Shown piece after piece: positions 10,014 to 20,928 of a stretch of 64,000 bases of DNA. The translations under genes and the position numbers were made by a program. The stretch is from the NCBI GenBank assembly GCA_028355955.1, contig JAOMTQ010000002.1, forward strand, positions 2,754 to 66,753. Direction: 5' to 3'. This DNA is from Methylophilaceae bacterium. Lineage in GTDB: Bacteria > Pseudomonadota > Gammaproteobacteria > Burkholderiales > Methylophilaceae. The number at the start of each line of letters is the position of its first letter. Positions within the stretch are counted from its first letter, which is position 1. The notes under the pieces were generated by a model. That model was not told where the DNA came from. It saw nothing but the letters and a program-made list of their open reading frames with translations, and did not search any database.

Positions 10014-10960
10014 AATTTAGTAATATAATCCGGCGAATCATACTCAGATTTTGAATCTTGATACTGTTTAGCTAAGTGAGCTGTATCATCATTCTCTAGA
10101 TCTAATGTTGCAACCTCCCAAGTGTCTGGGTTTTCCGCTAGTTTTCTAATTAATTTATTATTTAGTTCATGCCCTGATTTAAATGCTGTAAATTTACCTA
10201 ACAACGGCTTACCTAGCATAAATAAATCACCCATCGCATCAAGAATTTTATGCCTTACAAATTCATCTTTGTACCTTAGCCCATCTTTATTAATAACTTT
10301 ATATTCATCTACAACAATAGCATTATCAAGTGACCCCCCTCTTGCTAAGCCATTAGATCTCAGTGCTTCAACCTCCTGCATAAAGCCAAATGTTCTAGCT
10401 CTGCTTATATCTTGTACATAGGAGTCTTGAAAAAAATCAATGTTCACATGACTGTCCTCAGTTTTAAAAACTGGATGCGGGAAATCTATTGTAAAGTCTA
10501 TTACAAAACCTTGGTGGGGTTCAAAGATTGCAAATTTATCTTCTTGTCGTACCTCAATAGTTTTCTTAATTCGAATAAATTCTTTGGGTGCTTGTTGGTC
10601 TACTATCCCAGCTGATTTAATTAAATGTATGAAGGTAATAGCACTACCATCCATAATGGGTATTTCAGAACCTGAAACTTCGATTGTTATATTATCAATC
10701 CCTGATGCACAAAGTGCTGACATTAAATGTTCAACAGTTGCTATTTGAAAATCTTTGTTACCAATTGTTGAGCATAACCTCGTGTCAAGCACTATAGTTG
10801 GATTAACTTTTACTTGGGATTCTTTCTTTTGATTAGTTTTTTTAAAAATAATGCCTTGACCTTCTGCCCCAGGCTTAAGTGTTAATTTAACCTTTTCTCC
10901 TGAATGAAGGCCAACCCCTACTTCACTTATTTCATTTCTAATCGTTTTTTGAAAAATCAT
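10010..10960 (-). CDS. lpxC: UDP-3-O-acyl-GlcNAc deacetylase
   Basis: GVGLHSG, TVEHLMSA and HKILDAMGDL motifs. Confidence 0.97.
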   Translation of the reverse strand: MIFQKTIRNEISEVGVGLHSGEKVKLTLKPGAEGQGIIFKKTNQKKESQVKVNPTIVLDTRLCSTIGNKDFQIATVEHLMSALCASGIDNITIEVSGSEIPIMDGSAITFIHLIKSAGIVDQQAPKEFIRIKKTIEVRQEDKFAIFEPHQGFVIDFTIDFPHPVFKTEDSHVNIDFFQDSYVQDISRARTFGFMQEVEALRSNGLARGGSLDNAIVVDEYKVINKDGLRYKDEFVRHKILDAMGDLFMLGKPLLGKFTAFKSGHELNNKLIRKLAENPDTWEVATLDLENDDTAHLAKQYQDSKSEYDSPDYITKL

Positions 10961-12134
10961 TCTTTTCTTTATCCCTTGACCTTAAAAATGATGGTGTATC
11001 GTATTCGCTCTCATTTCCTATACCTGATAGATCAACATCCCCTTCTGGATTTTCTTCAAATACATTTAACTCATCACTAACCTCAGTTGAAAAGTTTATT
11101 TCCTCAATAACATTTGGCTCTTCATTATTGAAGCCAGATGAATCTATTTTTTCATTAGGGTGTAGTTCATTTGAATTTATTGGTGTCGATAAGCCAGTTG
11201 CGACCATTGTTACTCTTAAATGATTATTTAAAGAATCGTCAATAACGCTTCCAACAATAATTGAAGCATTTTCAGCTGCATATTTTTTTATATGATCCAT
11301 AACTTCAAAATATTCGCGCATTTTAAAATCTTTACTCGCAGAAATATTTACCAAAATACCTTTCGCATTATTTAAATTGACTTCTTCCAATAATGGGCAG
11401 GAAACTGCTTCTTTTGCTGCCGATATTGCTCTGTCTGGTCCTTCAGAAAACCCTGAACCAATAACTGCCACCCCCATTTCACTCATAACTGTTTTAACAT
11501 CGGAAAAATCTACATTGATCAAGCCTGGATTATTAATAATTTCTGCAATACCTTCTACCGCACTATTTAAAACATTATTGGCAGCTCCAAATGCATCTAC
11601 AAAAGTAACTTCGTCACCCAAAACTCCCATCAACTTTTCATTTGGAATCACTATCAATGAATCAACATAATTTACTAATTCGCTGATTCCTTCTTTTGCA
11701 ATTTGGGTTCTGCGACCTTCAAAGTCAAAAGGCTTTGTAACTACTGCTACCGTCAATATTCCTAGTTCTTTTGCTGCTTCAGCAATGATTGGAGTCGCTC
11801 CTGTACCTGTGCCACCCCCCATACCTGCAGTAATGAAAAGCATATCAGCGCCCTGAATAGCTTGAACTATCTTCTCTTTATCGTCTATTGCAGCCTGTTT
11901 ACCGGTATCTGGCCTTGAACCAGCGCCTAACCCTTTTGTTAAACTATCTCCAATTTGAATAATGGTACTAGCCTGACTTTTCTTTAATGCTTGAAGGTCA
12001 GTGTTGATGCATATAAATTCTACGCCTTGAACGTTTTTTTCAATCATAAAATCTACAGCGTTGCCTCCACAGCCTCCAACACCAATTACTTTTATCAATG
12101 CTTTTTGATCCTTGTTATCTACCATTTCAAACAT
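10938..12134 (-). CDS. ftsZ: Cell division protein FtsZ
   Basis: GGGTGTG tubulin signature; C-terminal DTPSFLR. Confidence 0.99.
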   Translation of the reverse strand: MFEMVDNKDQKALIKVIGVGGCGGNAVDFMIEKNVQGVEFICINTDLQALKKSQASTIIQIGDSLTKGLGAGSRPDTGKQAAIDDKEKIVQAIQGADMLFITAGMGGGTGTGATPIIAEAAKELGILTVAVVTKPFDFEGRRTQIAKEGISELVNYVDSLIVIPNEKLMGVLGDEVTFVDAFGAANNVLNSAVEGIAEIINNPGLINVDFSDVKTVMSEMGVAVIGSGFSEGPDRAISAAKEAVSCPLLEEVNLNNAKGILVNISASKDFKMREYFEVMDHIKKYAAENASIIVGSVIDDSLNNHLRVTMVATGLSTPINSNELHPNEKIDSSGFNNEEPNVIEEINFSTEVSDELNVFEENPEGDVDLSGIGNESEYDTPSFLRSRDKEKNDFSKND

Positions 12135-12160
12135 AAAATACCCTTATTTTTTTGAAAGTA

Positions 12161-13399
12161 TCAAAAATTTCCCTGAAACCATAACTTCATCTTTTTAAGT
12201 ATATTAGTTATTGTATTCCCATCCAAATGCAAATTAGTATCCTTGTCTTTATCCTCTTTACCCATTTTAAGAAGGCCAACACCTGTCGCATATCTTGGAT
12301 TTTCGATGACCTCAAGTAAGCCATCAATATCTCTTGGTAAACCTAAGCGAACTGGGACACCAAAAATTGATTCTGCCAATTCAACTGCACCATTTAACAT
12401 TGACGAACCCCCGGTAATAACAATTCCAGATGAAATTGTATCCATCGTTTTACTTCTAATTAACTCATTTTTTATTAGGTCAAAAAGCTCTTCCATTCTC
12501 GGTTGAATAATTTGAGATAGGGAAAGTGTTGTTATTTTTTTTGGATCTCTACCATCAACTAAAGGAATTTCTATAATTTCATTAGCAGAAGCCATGTTAG
12601 TTATTGCTGAGCCATGATTAATTTTGATATCCTCTGCTGATTGGTTAGGTGTTCTAAATGCCACTGATATGTCATTAGTAACTTGATCACCTGCTATAGG
12701 GATAACAACTGTATGTTGAATTTGTCCATTTTTAATAACTGCAATATCAGTGGTACCACCACCAATATCAACAAGACATACACCTAGATCTCTCTCATCC
12801 TTTGTAAGAACCGCTTCAGCAGAGGCTAAGGGTTGTAATACTAACTCTGTCACATCTAAGCCACATCGCTTAATACATTTAATAATATTTTGTGCAGCGG
12901 CAACTGCTCCAGTAATAATATGCACTTTTACTTCGAGCTTCATTCCACTCATTCCAATAGGTTCAATTATGTCATGTTGTTGATCAACTACATATTCTTG
13001 AGTAAGAATATGTAAAACTTGTTGGTCAGGAGGTAATGTTATAGCTTGAGCTGTTTCAATAACTCTATCGATATCCATCTGAGAAACTTCTGAATCCTTA
13101 ATTTTTACCATACCATGAGAATTTAAACTTTTGATATGACTACCAGCTATACCCGTATAAACATCCTTAATTTTACAATCAGCCATTAATTCAGCTTCTT
13201 CAACAGCCCTTTGAATTGCTTGCATTGTACTTTCAATATTTACAACTACTCCTTTTTTTAATCCTTTTGAGACATGTTGCCCTAGCCCAATAATTTTTAG
13301 AACACCATCTGGCAACAATTCAGCTACAATAACGACAATCTTTGATGTACCAACATCAAGCGCAACAATAAGGTTATTTTCATCTTTATTTTTAATCAT
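12161..13399 (-). CDS. ftsA: Cell division protein FtsA
   Basis: LDVGTSK, DIGGGTTD and YATGVGL motifs; C-terminal amphipathic WFQGNF. Confidence 0.98.
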   Translation of the reverse strand: MIKNKDENNLIVALDVGTSKIVVIVAELLPDGVLKIIGLGQHVSKGLKKGVVVNIESTMQAIQRAVEEAELMADCKIKDVYTGIAGSHIKSLNSHGMVKIKDSEVSQMDIDRVIETAQAITLPPDQQVLHILTQEYVVDQQHDIIEPIGMSGMKLEVKVHIITGAVAAAQNIIKCIKRCGLDVTELVLQPLASAEAVLTKDERDLGVCLVDIGGGTTDIAVIKNGQIQHTVVIPIAGDQVTNDISVAFRTPNQSAEDIKINHGSAITNMASANEIIEIPLVDGRDPKKITTLSLSQIIQPRMEELFDLIKNELIRSKTMDTISSGIVITGGSSMLNGAVELAESIFGVPVRLGLPRDIDGLLEVIENPRYATGVGLLKMGKEDKDKDTNLHLDGNTITNILKKMKLWFQGNF

Positions 13400-14127
13400 T
13401 AGATTGTGCTATTCATAGTTTTGTCTTTATTTTTCTTTTTTGTTTTTCTAACAGAGAATCCATCTCTGTAACGCATATCAACATAATCAATCTCGCTTTT
13501 TAATTCTGCTAATACAAATTGATAGTTTTTAATAAAACTTTTAACTCTAGAGGATACGTTTTTCTTTCCTAAAACCACCCTTATAAAGTTATTTGTTTTA
13601 ATTTCCCATGAAAGTCTATTGGAAAGTTTAATTATACTGATATGTATTAATTCTTTATCTAAAATTTTATTAATTTCTCTAAATTTAATCGTCATTTCTT
13701 TTACAAAATTCTCTGGACCTACAAAGATGGGTAAATTATCTTCTGTAGAGGCAATAAATATTTCTCCTTTGTCGTTTACAAGCCCAATCCCCTCCCATCT
13801 AGCAATTGGTTTATGTTCTTCAATAGTAATCACTAATTGATCTGGCCATTTTCTTCTTAAATCGACATCCCTTACCCAAGGCAACTGTTTAAAAGCTAAT
13901 CTAGCCTCATATAAACTCACATTAAAAAAATTACCTTGAACGTATTCTTCTGTAATTAAATTAATTTGTTCTCTATCAATATGTTGATATTGCCCTTTAA
14001 TTAAGATTTCATTAATGGGAAGATTTGCGTGGTTAAAGATATGATTCACTAAAAAAATAATGCATAAAAAAATTAGGACAAAAACTAAATACGTTGTTCT
14101 TTTTATCATTGATAAAGAATTAATCAA
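13399..14127 (-). CDS. ftsQ: Cell division protein FtsQ
   Basis: TM segment, POTRA (LPWVR..RRKWPD), YVDMRYRDGFSV; start uncertain (TTG 14127 or ATG 14109). Confidence 0.92.
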   Translation of the reverse strand: MINSLSMIKRTTYLVFVLIFLCIIFLVNHIFNHANLPINEILIKGQYQHIDREQINLITEEYVQGNFFNVSLYEARLAFKQLPWVRDVDLRRKWPDQLVITIEEHKPIARWEGIGLVNDKGEIFIASTEDNLPIFVGPENFVKEMTIKFREINKILDKELIHISIIKLSNRLSWEIKTNNFIRVVLGKKNVSSRVKSFIKNYQFVLAELKSEIDYVDMRYRDGFSVRKTKKKNKDKTMNSTI

Positions 14128-15028
14128 TTGTCTCACCCAATATATCAAATACTAAATCATCAAAATTTTTTCCTATAACTTTTGCAGACATCGGCATCAA
14201 ACTATGGTCAGTAAACCCAGGTATAGTGTTAACCTCAATAAAAAATAAATTTTTCTTATCGTCGACCATAAAATCTACTCTGCCATAACCAGTGCACCCT
14301 AACGAAAAAAAGGCATCAAGTGATTTTTCATTAATTTTTTCAACAAATTCCTTAGATAAATTAGCCGGGCAAATAAACTCAGTATCCTGACGATTATATT
14401 TTGCATCAAAATTATAAAAATTTGTTTTAGGTTTAATTTCTATAATTGGAAGTGCAGCATTATTTAAAATTGGAATAGCGTATTCATTACCGCTAATATA
14501 AGTTTCAGCAATTATAGTTGAATCTATTCTTGATGCACTATCAAAAGCTTCCATAAAATCATTATTATTTTTTACAATACTCACCCCTAAACTCGACCCT
14601 GATGAAGCTGGTTTCAGAATAAATACATCACCAAAATATTTTTTTAGAATTGTGTAGTCATCTGAGGAATTAGCTAACATAAACAATGGGGTTGGCACAT
14701 TATCTTTTGCCCATTGTTTTTTTGCTAAATATTTGTTCATACAAAGCGACGAAGCCGCTGCACCATTTCCTGTATATGGAATTTTTAAGATATCTAGATG
14801 TTTTTGTATTTTTCCATCCTCACCATCTTTTCCATGAAGGCAAATGAAAATTCGATCGAACAATTTTAAATGTTCTAAATTATCAGTTTTTGGATCAATC
14901 CCAGTCACATCAATACCATTTCGCCTAAGTGCCTTCAGAACAGATTGCCCACTATTAATTGAAATTTCCCTTTCATTTGATGTGCCCCCTAAGAGCACAG
15001 CAACCTTACCAAAAGCTTTTTTATTCAT
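14120..15028 (-). CDS. ddl: D-alanine--D-alanine ligase
   Basis: GGTSNEREIS, LHGKDGEDG and EVNTIPG motifs. Confidence 0.97.
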   Translation of the reverse strand: MNKKAFGKVAVLLGGTSNEREISINSGQSVLKALRRNGIDVTGIDPKTDNLEHLKLFDRIFICLHGKDGEDGKIQKHLDILKIPYTGNGAAASSLCMNKYLAKKQWAKDNVPTPLFMLANSSDDYTILKKYFGDVFILKPASSGSSLGVSIVKNNNDFMEAFDSASRIDSTIIAETYISGNEYAIPILNNAALPIIEIKPKTNFYNFDAKYNRQDTEFICPANLSKEFVEKINEKSLDAFFSLGCTGYGRVDFMVDDKKNLFFIEVNTIPGFTDHSLMPMSAKVIGKNFDDLVFDILGETID

Positions 15029-15900
15029 TAAACATCTCCAATAATTTCTACTTCTGGTATCAATTTAATATTCGTCTCTTTTAAAACAATTTTTTTTATA
15101 TGTTTAATTAAATCTTCAATGTCTTTTGCTCTTGCAGCACCAAGATTAATAATAAAATTTGCATGTTTTTCTGAAATTTTAGCATCACCAATTTTAAAGC
15201 CCTTTAGACCGCAATCCTCAATAAGTTTTGCAGCATAGTTATTATCGGGGTTTTTAAAGGTTGATCCAGCTGAAGGCCAGCTTAATGGTTGAGTACTTTT
15301 TCTATGAGACAGTAACTTCCTTATACTCTCTTCAGCTTCAACTTTTTTTCCTTTTGGGAAAGAAAACCAAGCCCCTACAAAATTCTCTGCTTCGTTTTTC
15401 TTTTGAATTTTCCTATATCCTACTTTAAAATCATTTGGATCTCTTTCAATTAGATCCCCATCAGCATTTATCATCTTTACTTTTTTAACATAACTCCATA
15501 TTTCAGATCCATAACAACCCGCATTCATTGCTAATGCCCCACCAATTGTGCCTGGAATACCTGATAAAAAAGCTGAATCGATATATCCCTCTTTAGCTAT
15601 CAATTTTGAAAATTTAGAGCAACTTAACCCAGCCTCTGAATAAAATAGTTCCTCCACCTTAAGAAAGTTATTCAAACCTTTATGCATTACGATAGTTGTT
15701 CCCTTAACTCCATTATCTCTGACAAGAATATTTGATCCTAACCCAATAAATTTTATCGGTCTTTGTACCTTTTTACTCTTAATTAATTGACATAAGAAAT
15801 TAATATCAGAACAGATTACAAAGTTTTCTGCCTTCCCCCCCACCTTCCAGCTATTGAATTTTGTTAGACTCACATTCTTATACACCTTATTTCTTTCCAT
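15028..15900 (-). CDS. murB: UDP-N-acetylmuramate dehydrogenase
   Basis: GSNILV, GIPGTIGGALAMNAG, SAGSTFKNP and HANF motifs. Confidence 0.97.
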   Translation of the reverse strand: MERNKVYKNVSLTKFNSWKVGGKAENFVICSDINFLCQLIKSKKVQRPIKFIGLGSNILVRDNGVKGTTIVMHKGLNNFLKVEELFYSEAGLSCSKFSKLIAKEGYIDSAFLSGIPGTIGGALAMNAGCYGSEIWSYVKKVKMINADGDLIERDPNDFKVGYRKIQKKNEAENFVGAWFSFPKGKKVEAEESIRKLLSHRKSTQPLSWPSAGSTFKNPDNNYAAKLIEDCGLKGFKIGDAKISEKHANFIINLGAARAKDIEDLIKHIKKIVLKETNIKLIPEVEIIGDV

Positions 15901-15901
15901 C

Positions 15902-17278
15902 TTAATCTTTTAAAAAGGACCTAACGAATTCAGAAATATTTCCCGCCCCCATGATAAGGACAATTGAATTTGTATTAATTTTTTTTAAAATAGTCTTTTC
16001 AGCATCAGAAAAATTATTGAGGTATATTACTTTTTTAAGTTTTATTTTTTTAATTATATTTTGGGATGAAATTTGGTTTATTTTTGACTCTCCCGCAGAA
16101 TAAATATCAAATAAAAATGTTTTATTGGGTAGCTGAAGGACTCTAATTAAATCATCAAAACAATCTCTTGTACGAGTATATCGATGTGGCTGGAAAACCA
16201 AATTTATTTCACGCCTAGGAAATGCTTTTTTTGTTGCTTTAATTACTGCTTCAATTTCTGTGGGGTGATGTCCATAGTCATCTATAACGATTAAATTTTT
16301 TTTATTTTTATTAATATTTTTATACACGTCATACCTTCTCCCCACGCCATCGAATTTAATTAATGCATTTTTTATATCTTTTATGGATACTTGATACTCA
16401 AGTGCTACTGCGATTGCAGCAAGACTATTTCTAACAAAGTGATCTCCAGGAAAATTTATTGAGACTATAAATCTTTTTTTAGTATATTTTTTATCAATTA
16501 CCTTGAATTTTACTTTTCTACCTTCATGGTTAATATCTATTGCTCTTATTTGTGCTTCTTCAGATGTTCCATAAGTCACAATAGGTCTTAAAATTTTAGG
16601 TATTACTGATTTTAAATATTTATCGTCAATACATAAAAATATATTTTCATAAAATGGTGCTTGGTGAATAAAATCTATATATGTCTGTTTCAGCATTTCA
16701 AAGTCACCCTGATAGTTCTCAAGGTGATCTTTATCTATATTTGTAACGACGGTATTAATTGGGTTTAAGTGAAGAAATGATGCATCTGATTCATCAGCTT
16801 CAACAATGATTACATCGCCCTTACCAAGCCTTGCATTCTTTAACATCGAATTTAATCTTCCACCAATAACATAAGTAGGGTCCATTTTAGCTTCAGTTAA
16901 TATTGAGGCTATTAAACTTGTAGTTGTAGTTTTTCCATGCGTTCCTGCAACTGCAATACCCCTTTTAAAGCGCATAAGTTCAGATAACATTTCAGCTCTT
17001 GAGATTATTGGTATTTTATTTTTTTTTGCTTCTATTAATTCAGGGTTATTTCTTGAAATTGCATTTGAGAATACTATCGTATCAACTTTTTTTATATTGG
17101 CTTTGGTGTGTTGAGAGTAAACTTTGATACCCAATTTCTTAAGTGATTTTATTGAATCTGAGATTGCTAGATCTGATCCACTTACAATAAAGCCAAGCGT
17201 TTGCATAACTTCTGCGATACCACTCATACCTGATCCACCAATTCCTATAAAGTGTATTCTTTTTATTTTATTCTTCAT
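15902..17278 (-). CDS. murC: UDP-MurNAc--L-alanine ligase
   Basis: GIGGSGMSG, GTHGKTTT and DDYGHHPTE motifs. Confidence 0.98.
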   Translation of the reverse strand: MKNKIKRIHFIGIGGSGMSGIAEVMQTLGFIVSGSDLAISDSIKSLKKLGIKVYSQHTKANIKKVDTIVFSNAISRNNPELIEAKKNKIPIISRAEMLSELMRFKRGIAVAGTHGKTTTTSLIASILTEAKMDPTYVIGGRLNSMLKNARLGKGDVIIVEADESDASFLHLNPINTVVTNIDKDHLENYQGDFEMLKQTYIDFIHQAPFYENIFLCIDDKYLKSVIPKILRPIVTYGTSEEAQIRAIDINHEGRKVKFKVIDKKYTKKRFIVSINFPGDHFVRNSLAAIAVALEYQVSIKDIKNALIKFDGVGRRYDVYKNINKNKKNLIVIDDYGHHPTEIEAVIKATKKAFPRREINLVFQPHRYTRTRDCFDDLIRVLQLPNKTFLFDIYSAGESKINQISSQNIIKKIKLKKVIYLNNFSDAEKTILKKINTNSIVLIMGAGNISEFVRSFLKD

Positions 17279-18336
17279 TTCAGTAAAGAGTTACATGCCT
17301 TTAGAACCTCGTTGCATGCATCATAATTGTGGAGTTTTTTTGCTTTTAGTGCCATATTTTCACATTTTTTTCTATCTAACTTAGTCAATTTAAATACTAA
17401 TTTTTCTTCCAGATCTTTTTCTCTTATGATTTTTGCAGCACCCGCATCCTTAAGAATTTTTGCATTAAAAAATTGGTGGTCATCAACGGCAAATGGATAG
17501 GGAATCAATATGCTAGCGCTTCCTGATTCAATCAACTCTGAAACTGTTAATGCGCCTGACCTTGCAATCACAATGTCTGCCCAATTATACTTTTTTTCCA
17601 TATCAAAAATATACTTTCTGATTTCAGCTTTGAAGCTGACACCCTTATAGTTTTCTTTTAATAATTCAAACATATTTTCACCAGATTGATGAATAATCGA
17701 TAGTTTATTCTTGTTATTTATTTTTTTAAAAATGAATGGCAAAAGCTGATTGAATGATTTTGACCCCAGGCTTCCGCCAAAAACTAGGACTCTTAAAGGA
17801 CCCTTTCTATTTAAAAATCTTTTTTTTGGGTTTCTTACTTGCTTTATCTCTTTCCTTATAGGATTACCTATGATTTTTGATTTTCTTAAGCCATTTGGAA
17901 AAGCTGAAAAGTTTTGATTAGAGATAAAGGATAATATTTTATTTGTTAATCCAGGTATTGAATTTTGTTCATGCACAATAAGTTTTATATTTAAAATTTT
18001 AGCCGCCAATGCAGCTGGCATGGAAACATACCCCCCCATTACAATCAATAATTTTGTCTGTGAAACCTTAAGTGCCTTTATTGCTTGAATTGTTGAAATT
18101 ATTACTATAAATGGTAGGCGTATTAATTTTAATAAACCTATATTTCGTCCTCCGGAAATTGATAATGCAAAAAATTGAAATTTTATTTTATCTATTAACT
18201 TATTTTCCATCCCTTTTGGGGTTCCAAGCCATGAAATATTATACCCTTCCATTTGTAGAATCTCTGCAATAGCAATTCCTGGATTTATGTGTCCCCCAGT
18301 TCCAGCTGCAGCAATTGTAATATTTACCTTTTTAAT
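17275..18336 (-). CDS. murG: Lipid II GlcNAc transferase MurG
   Basis: GTGGH, HEQNSIPG, GGSLG and RSGALTVSEL motifs; start uncertain (ATT at 18336 with SD, or TTG at 18375). Confidence 0.95.
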   Translation of the reverse strand: MKKVNITIAAAGTGGHINPGIAIAEILQMEGYNISWLGTPKGMENKLIDKIKFQFFALSISGGRNIGLLKLIRLPFIVIISTIQAIKALKVSQTKLLIVMGGYVSMPAALAAKILNIKLIVHEQNSIPGLTNKILSFISNQNFSAFPNGLRKSKIIGNPIRKEIKQVRNPKKRFLNRKGPLRVLVFGGSLGSKSFNQLLPFIFKKINNKNKLSIIHQSGENMFELLKENYKGVSFKAEIRKYIFDMEKKYNWADIVIARSGALTVSELIESGSASILIPYPFAVDDHQFFNAKILKDAGAAKIIREKDLEEKLVFKLTKLDRKKCENMALKAKKLHNYDACNEVLKACNSLLK

Positions 18337-19492
18337 AAAATTGTCCTCGCATATTTCTTCTATTATCAAAGTCAATTCTCAAAACAATTGCAATTGCAAT
18401 CATATTTACCAAAATACCCGTTCCTCCATATGACAAAAGAGGAAGAGTCAGCCCCTTTGTAGGGAAAACTCCTAAATTTACTCCCATATTAATTATGCCC
18501 TGTATTCCGAACCACAAACCGATTCCTTGTGCCATTAGTGCTGAAAAAGGTTTCTTATTTTGTATTGACTCTTTAGAAATTCCAAATAACCTAACAACTA
18601 AAAATGCAAATAAAATTATTATTATTGAGACTCCAAATAAACCAAATTCTTCGCCTATAACCGCCAATATAAAGTCTGTATGCGCTCCAAACAGATATTG
18701 TAATTTTACAACACTTGACCCAAGACCAGAGCCAAAAAATTCACCCCTTCCAAACGCCATTAATGAATTAGTGAGTTGGTAGCTTATCCCGAAAGGATCT
18801 TTCCAAGGATCTAAAAACCCAATAACTCTATCTACTCTATATGGCGACATTTTTATCAGAAAATAAACAGCAATAGGTCCAAAAAATAATAAACTAAAGA
18901 ATATTTTATATGTAAGACCGCCTAAGAATAATAGCCCCATTGCTATAACTGATATTACTGCAAGTGCTCCTAAATCAGGCTCTAAAATAAGTAAGAATCC
19001 CGTTAAAACAATGATTCCCAACATAGGTAAAAAACCTTTTACTATGGTTCTCATTTGTTTAGATTTTCTTAAGACATAATCTGAGGCATACATTACAGTA
19101 AAAAGTTTAACAAGCTCTGATGGTTGAAAATTAATAACAATTAATGATATCCATCTTTTACTTCCATTAGCCTCAACACCTATCCCAGGTAAAAGCACTA
19201 AAACTAATAAAATTAATCCAAATATAAATAAAATGGGAGCAATTTTTTGCCAAAAATACGTTGGAATTAAAAAAGCAATATAACCAAGAATAAAACCAAT
19301 CAATATATATATCGACTGCCTTATCAAGTAATAATAGCTATTAAAATTAAGTGCCTTACTACTTGCTGCCATATCAACCGATGAAGAATAAACCATTACA
19401 AGTCCAACACCTAAAAGAAGAAGTGTGGCCCATACCAGGTGATAATCGTAAATTGGCAAATTGTAATTAGTTTGTGCAGAAAAAATTTTCAA
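18332..19492 (-). CDS. ftsW: SEDS peptidoglycan polymerase FtsW
   Basis: QPSELVK, EPDLG, HTDFI and LPLLSYGG motifs; multi-TM. Confidence 0.97.
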   Translation of the reverse strand: MKIFSAQTNYNLPIYDYHLVWATLLLLGVGLVMVYSSSVDMAASSKALNFNSYYYLIRQSIYILIGFILGYIAFLIPTYFWQKIAPILFIFGLILLVLVLLPGIGVEANGSKRWISLIVINFQPSELVKLFTVMYASDYVLRKSKQMRTIVKGFLPMLGIIVLTGFLLILEPDLGALAVISVIAMGLLFLGGLTYKIFFSLLFFGPIAVYFLIKMSPYRVDRVIGFLDPWKDPFGISYQLTNSLMAFGRGEFFGSGLGSSVVKLQYLFGAHTDFILAVIGEEFGLFGVSIIIILFAFLVVRLFGISKESIQNKKPFSALMAQGIGLWFGIQGIINMGVNLGVFPTKGLTLPLLSYGGTGILVNMIAIAIVLRIDFDNRRNMRGQFY

Positions 19493-20928
19493 TTTTTTAA
19501 TGAGTGGACTATTTTATTAAAATGCTCACCCCGTTCAATATAATTTCGGTACATATCATGACTTGAGCAAGATGGAGATAGCAGAATAATATCTCCAGCA
19601 GCAGCTTGATCAAATGCCTCATTTACAGCAACAGCTAGATCATTACATATAGAAATTTTAAGATTATTTAGTTTATCAAATATTTTTTTAATTACTAAAG
19701 CGTCTTTTCCAATTAAAAACAGATGGAGCACATTTTTATTTAAATATTTTTTTAATGGTTCCATAGATAATTGCTTGCTATCACCCCCAGCAATTAAAAA
19801 GATATTTTTATCCTTAAAAAATTGTAATGCTGCAATTGTTGACGCTGCATTCGTAGCTTTAGAATCATTATAGAATTTGATGCCATTAACATTCCTTATA
19901 CATTCAATGCGGTAAGGAGCCATATTAAAGCTTGTTATTACATCATGATAATTTGAAAAAGTTGTATCCAAACACCTAAATGCAGCGAAAGCTGCAGCAA
20001 TATTTAATTCATTATGATCACCCGATAATTTAGATTCTTTAATACACACCTCAAAATCATTATTATTAATAATGAATTTACTATTTTCAATGGAACAAAT
20101 AATATATTTTTCTTTTGATATTTTCTCCAAAATCTGATTCTCAGTATATTTTTCATCTTTATGCATGAATGTAATATCATTAAACCTCTTAGGTATTTTC
20201 TTTAATAAGCTGGCATTAATAACTTGTCTTTTACTTGATTTTAATAAAGCTAATTTTGATTGTAAGTAATCATCCATACTGACGTGCACATCTAAATGAT
20301 CTTCAGTAAAATTCAGAAAAACTCCTACATCAATTTCCTTCCCTGGAAACCCATTTTTCTTAAAGGGATTTAATTGAAAACTTGAAATTTCAAGAACTAC
20401 AACCTCTAAATCCCTTAGCTTGCCGATTAAATCTAAAGGAGAATTACCAAGGTTTCCAGATGCTTTTGCCTTATATCCAGACTTTATTAATAAATGTTCT
20501 AAAAATAAGCAGGTGGTTGTCTTTCCATTTGTTCCTGTAATACCAATAACTTTTAAATTATTTGAATTATTTGACAAATGTTCTAAAAATAAAGAAATAT
20601 CATTGATGATACTAAATTTTTGATTAAATTTATTTACCTCGGCTGGGCTGACTCCAGGACTTAAAAATATATGGGACTTTTTATCTATAAATTCAAATTT
20701 TATATCACCTGTAAAAAATTCTTTTATATCGTGATTTTTTAATAGGTTCTTTTGTTCTTTGACTATTTTATTTTTGTCGTAGACACTGATTTCAAATAAT
20801 TTTTTTTTAAATTCTATTTGTTTAGTTAAATAATTGACACAGGATAAGCCTGATTTTCCTAAACCTACAATTAAAATATGCTCAATTTCTCTAAGTGTTG
20901 AGCTTTGTGAGGTTTTTTTTATATCCAT
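19489..20928 (-). CDS. murD: UDP-MurNAc-L-Ala--D-glutamate ligase
   Basis: GLGKSG, GTNGKTT, NDSKATN and LLSPSCSS motifs. Confidence 0.96.
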   Translation of the reverse strand: MDIKKTSQSSTLREIEHILIVGLGKSGLSCVNYLTKQIEFKKKLFEISVYDKNKIVKEQKNLLKNHDIKEFFTGDIKFEFIDKKSHIFLSPGVSPAEVNKFNQKFSIINDISLFLEHLSNNSNNLKVIGITGTNGKTTTCLFLEHLLIKSGYKAKASGNLGNSPLDLIGKLRDLEVVVLEISSFQLNPFKKNGFPGKEIDVGVFLNFTEDHLDVHVSMDDYLQSKLALLKSSKRQVINASLLKKIPKRFNDITFMHKDEKYTENQILEKISKEKYIICSIENSKFIINNNDFEVCIKESKLSGDHNELNIAAAFAAFRCLDTTFSNYHDVITSFNMAPYRIECIRNVNGIKFYNDSKATNAASTIAALQFFKDKNIFLIAGGDSKQLSMEPLKKYLNKNVLHLFLIGKDALVIKKIFDKLNNLKISICNDLAVAVNEAFDQAAAGDIILLSPSCSSHDMYRNYIERGEHFNKIVHSLKN

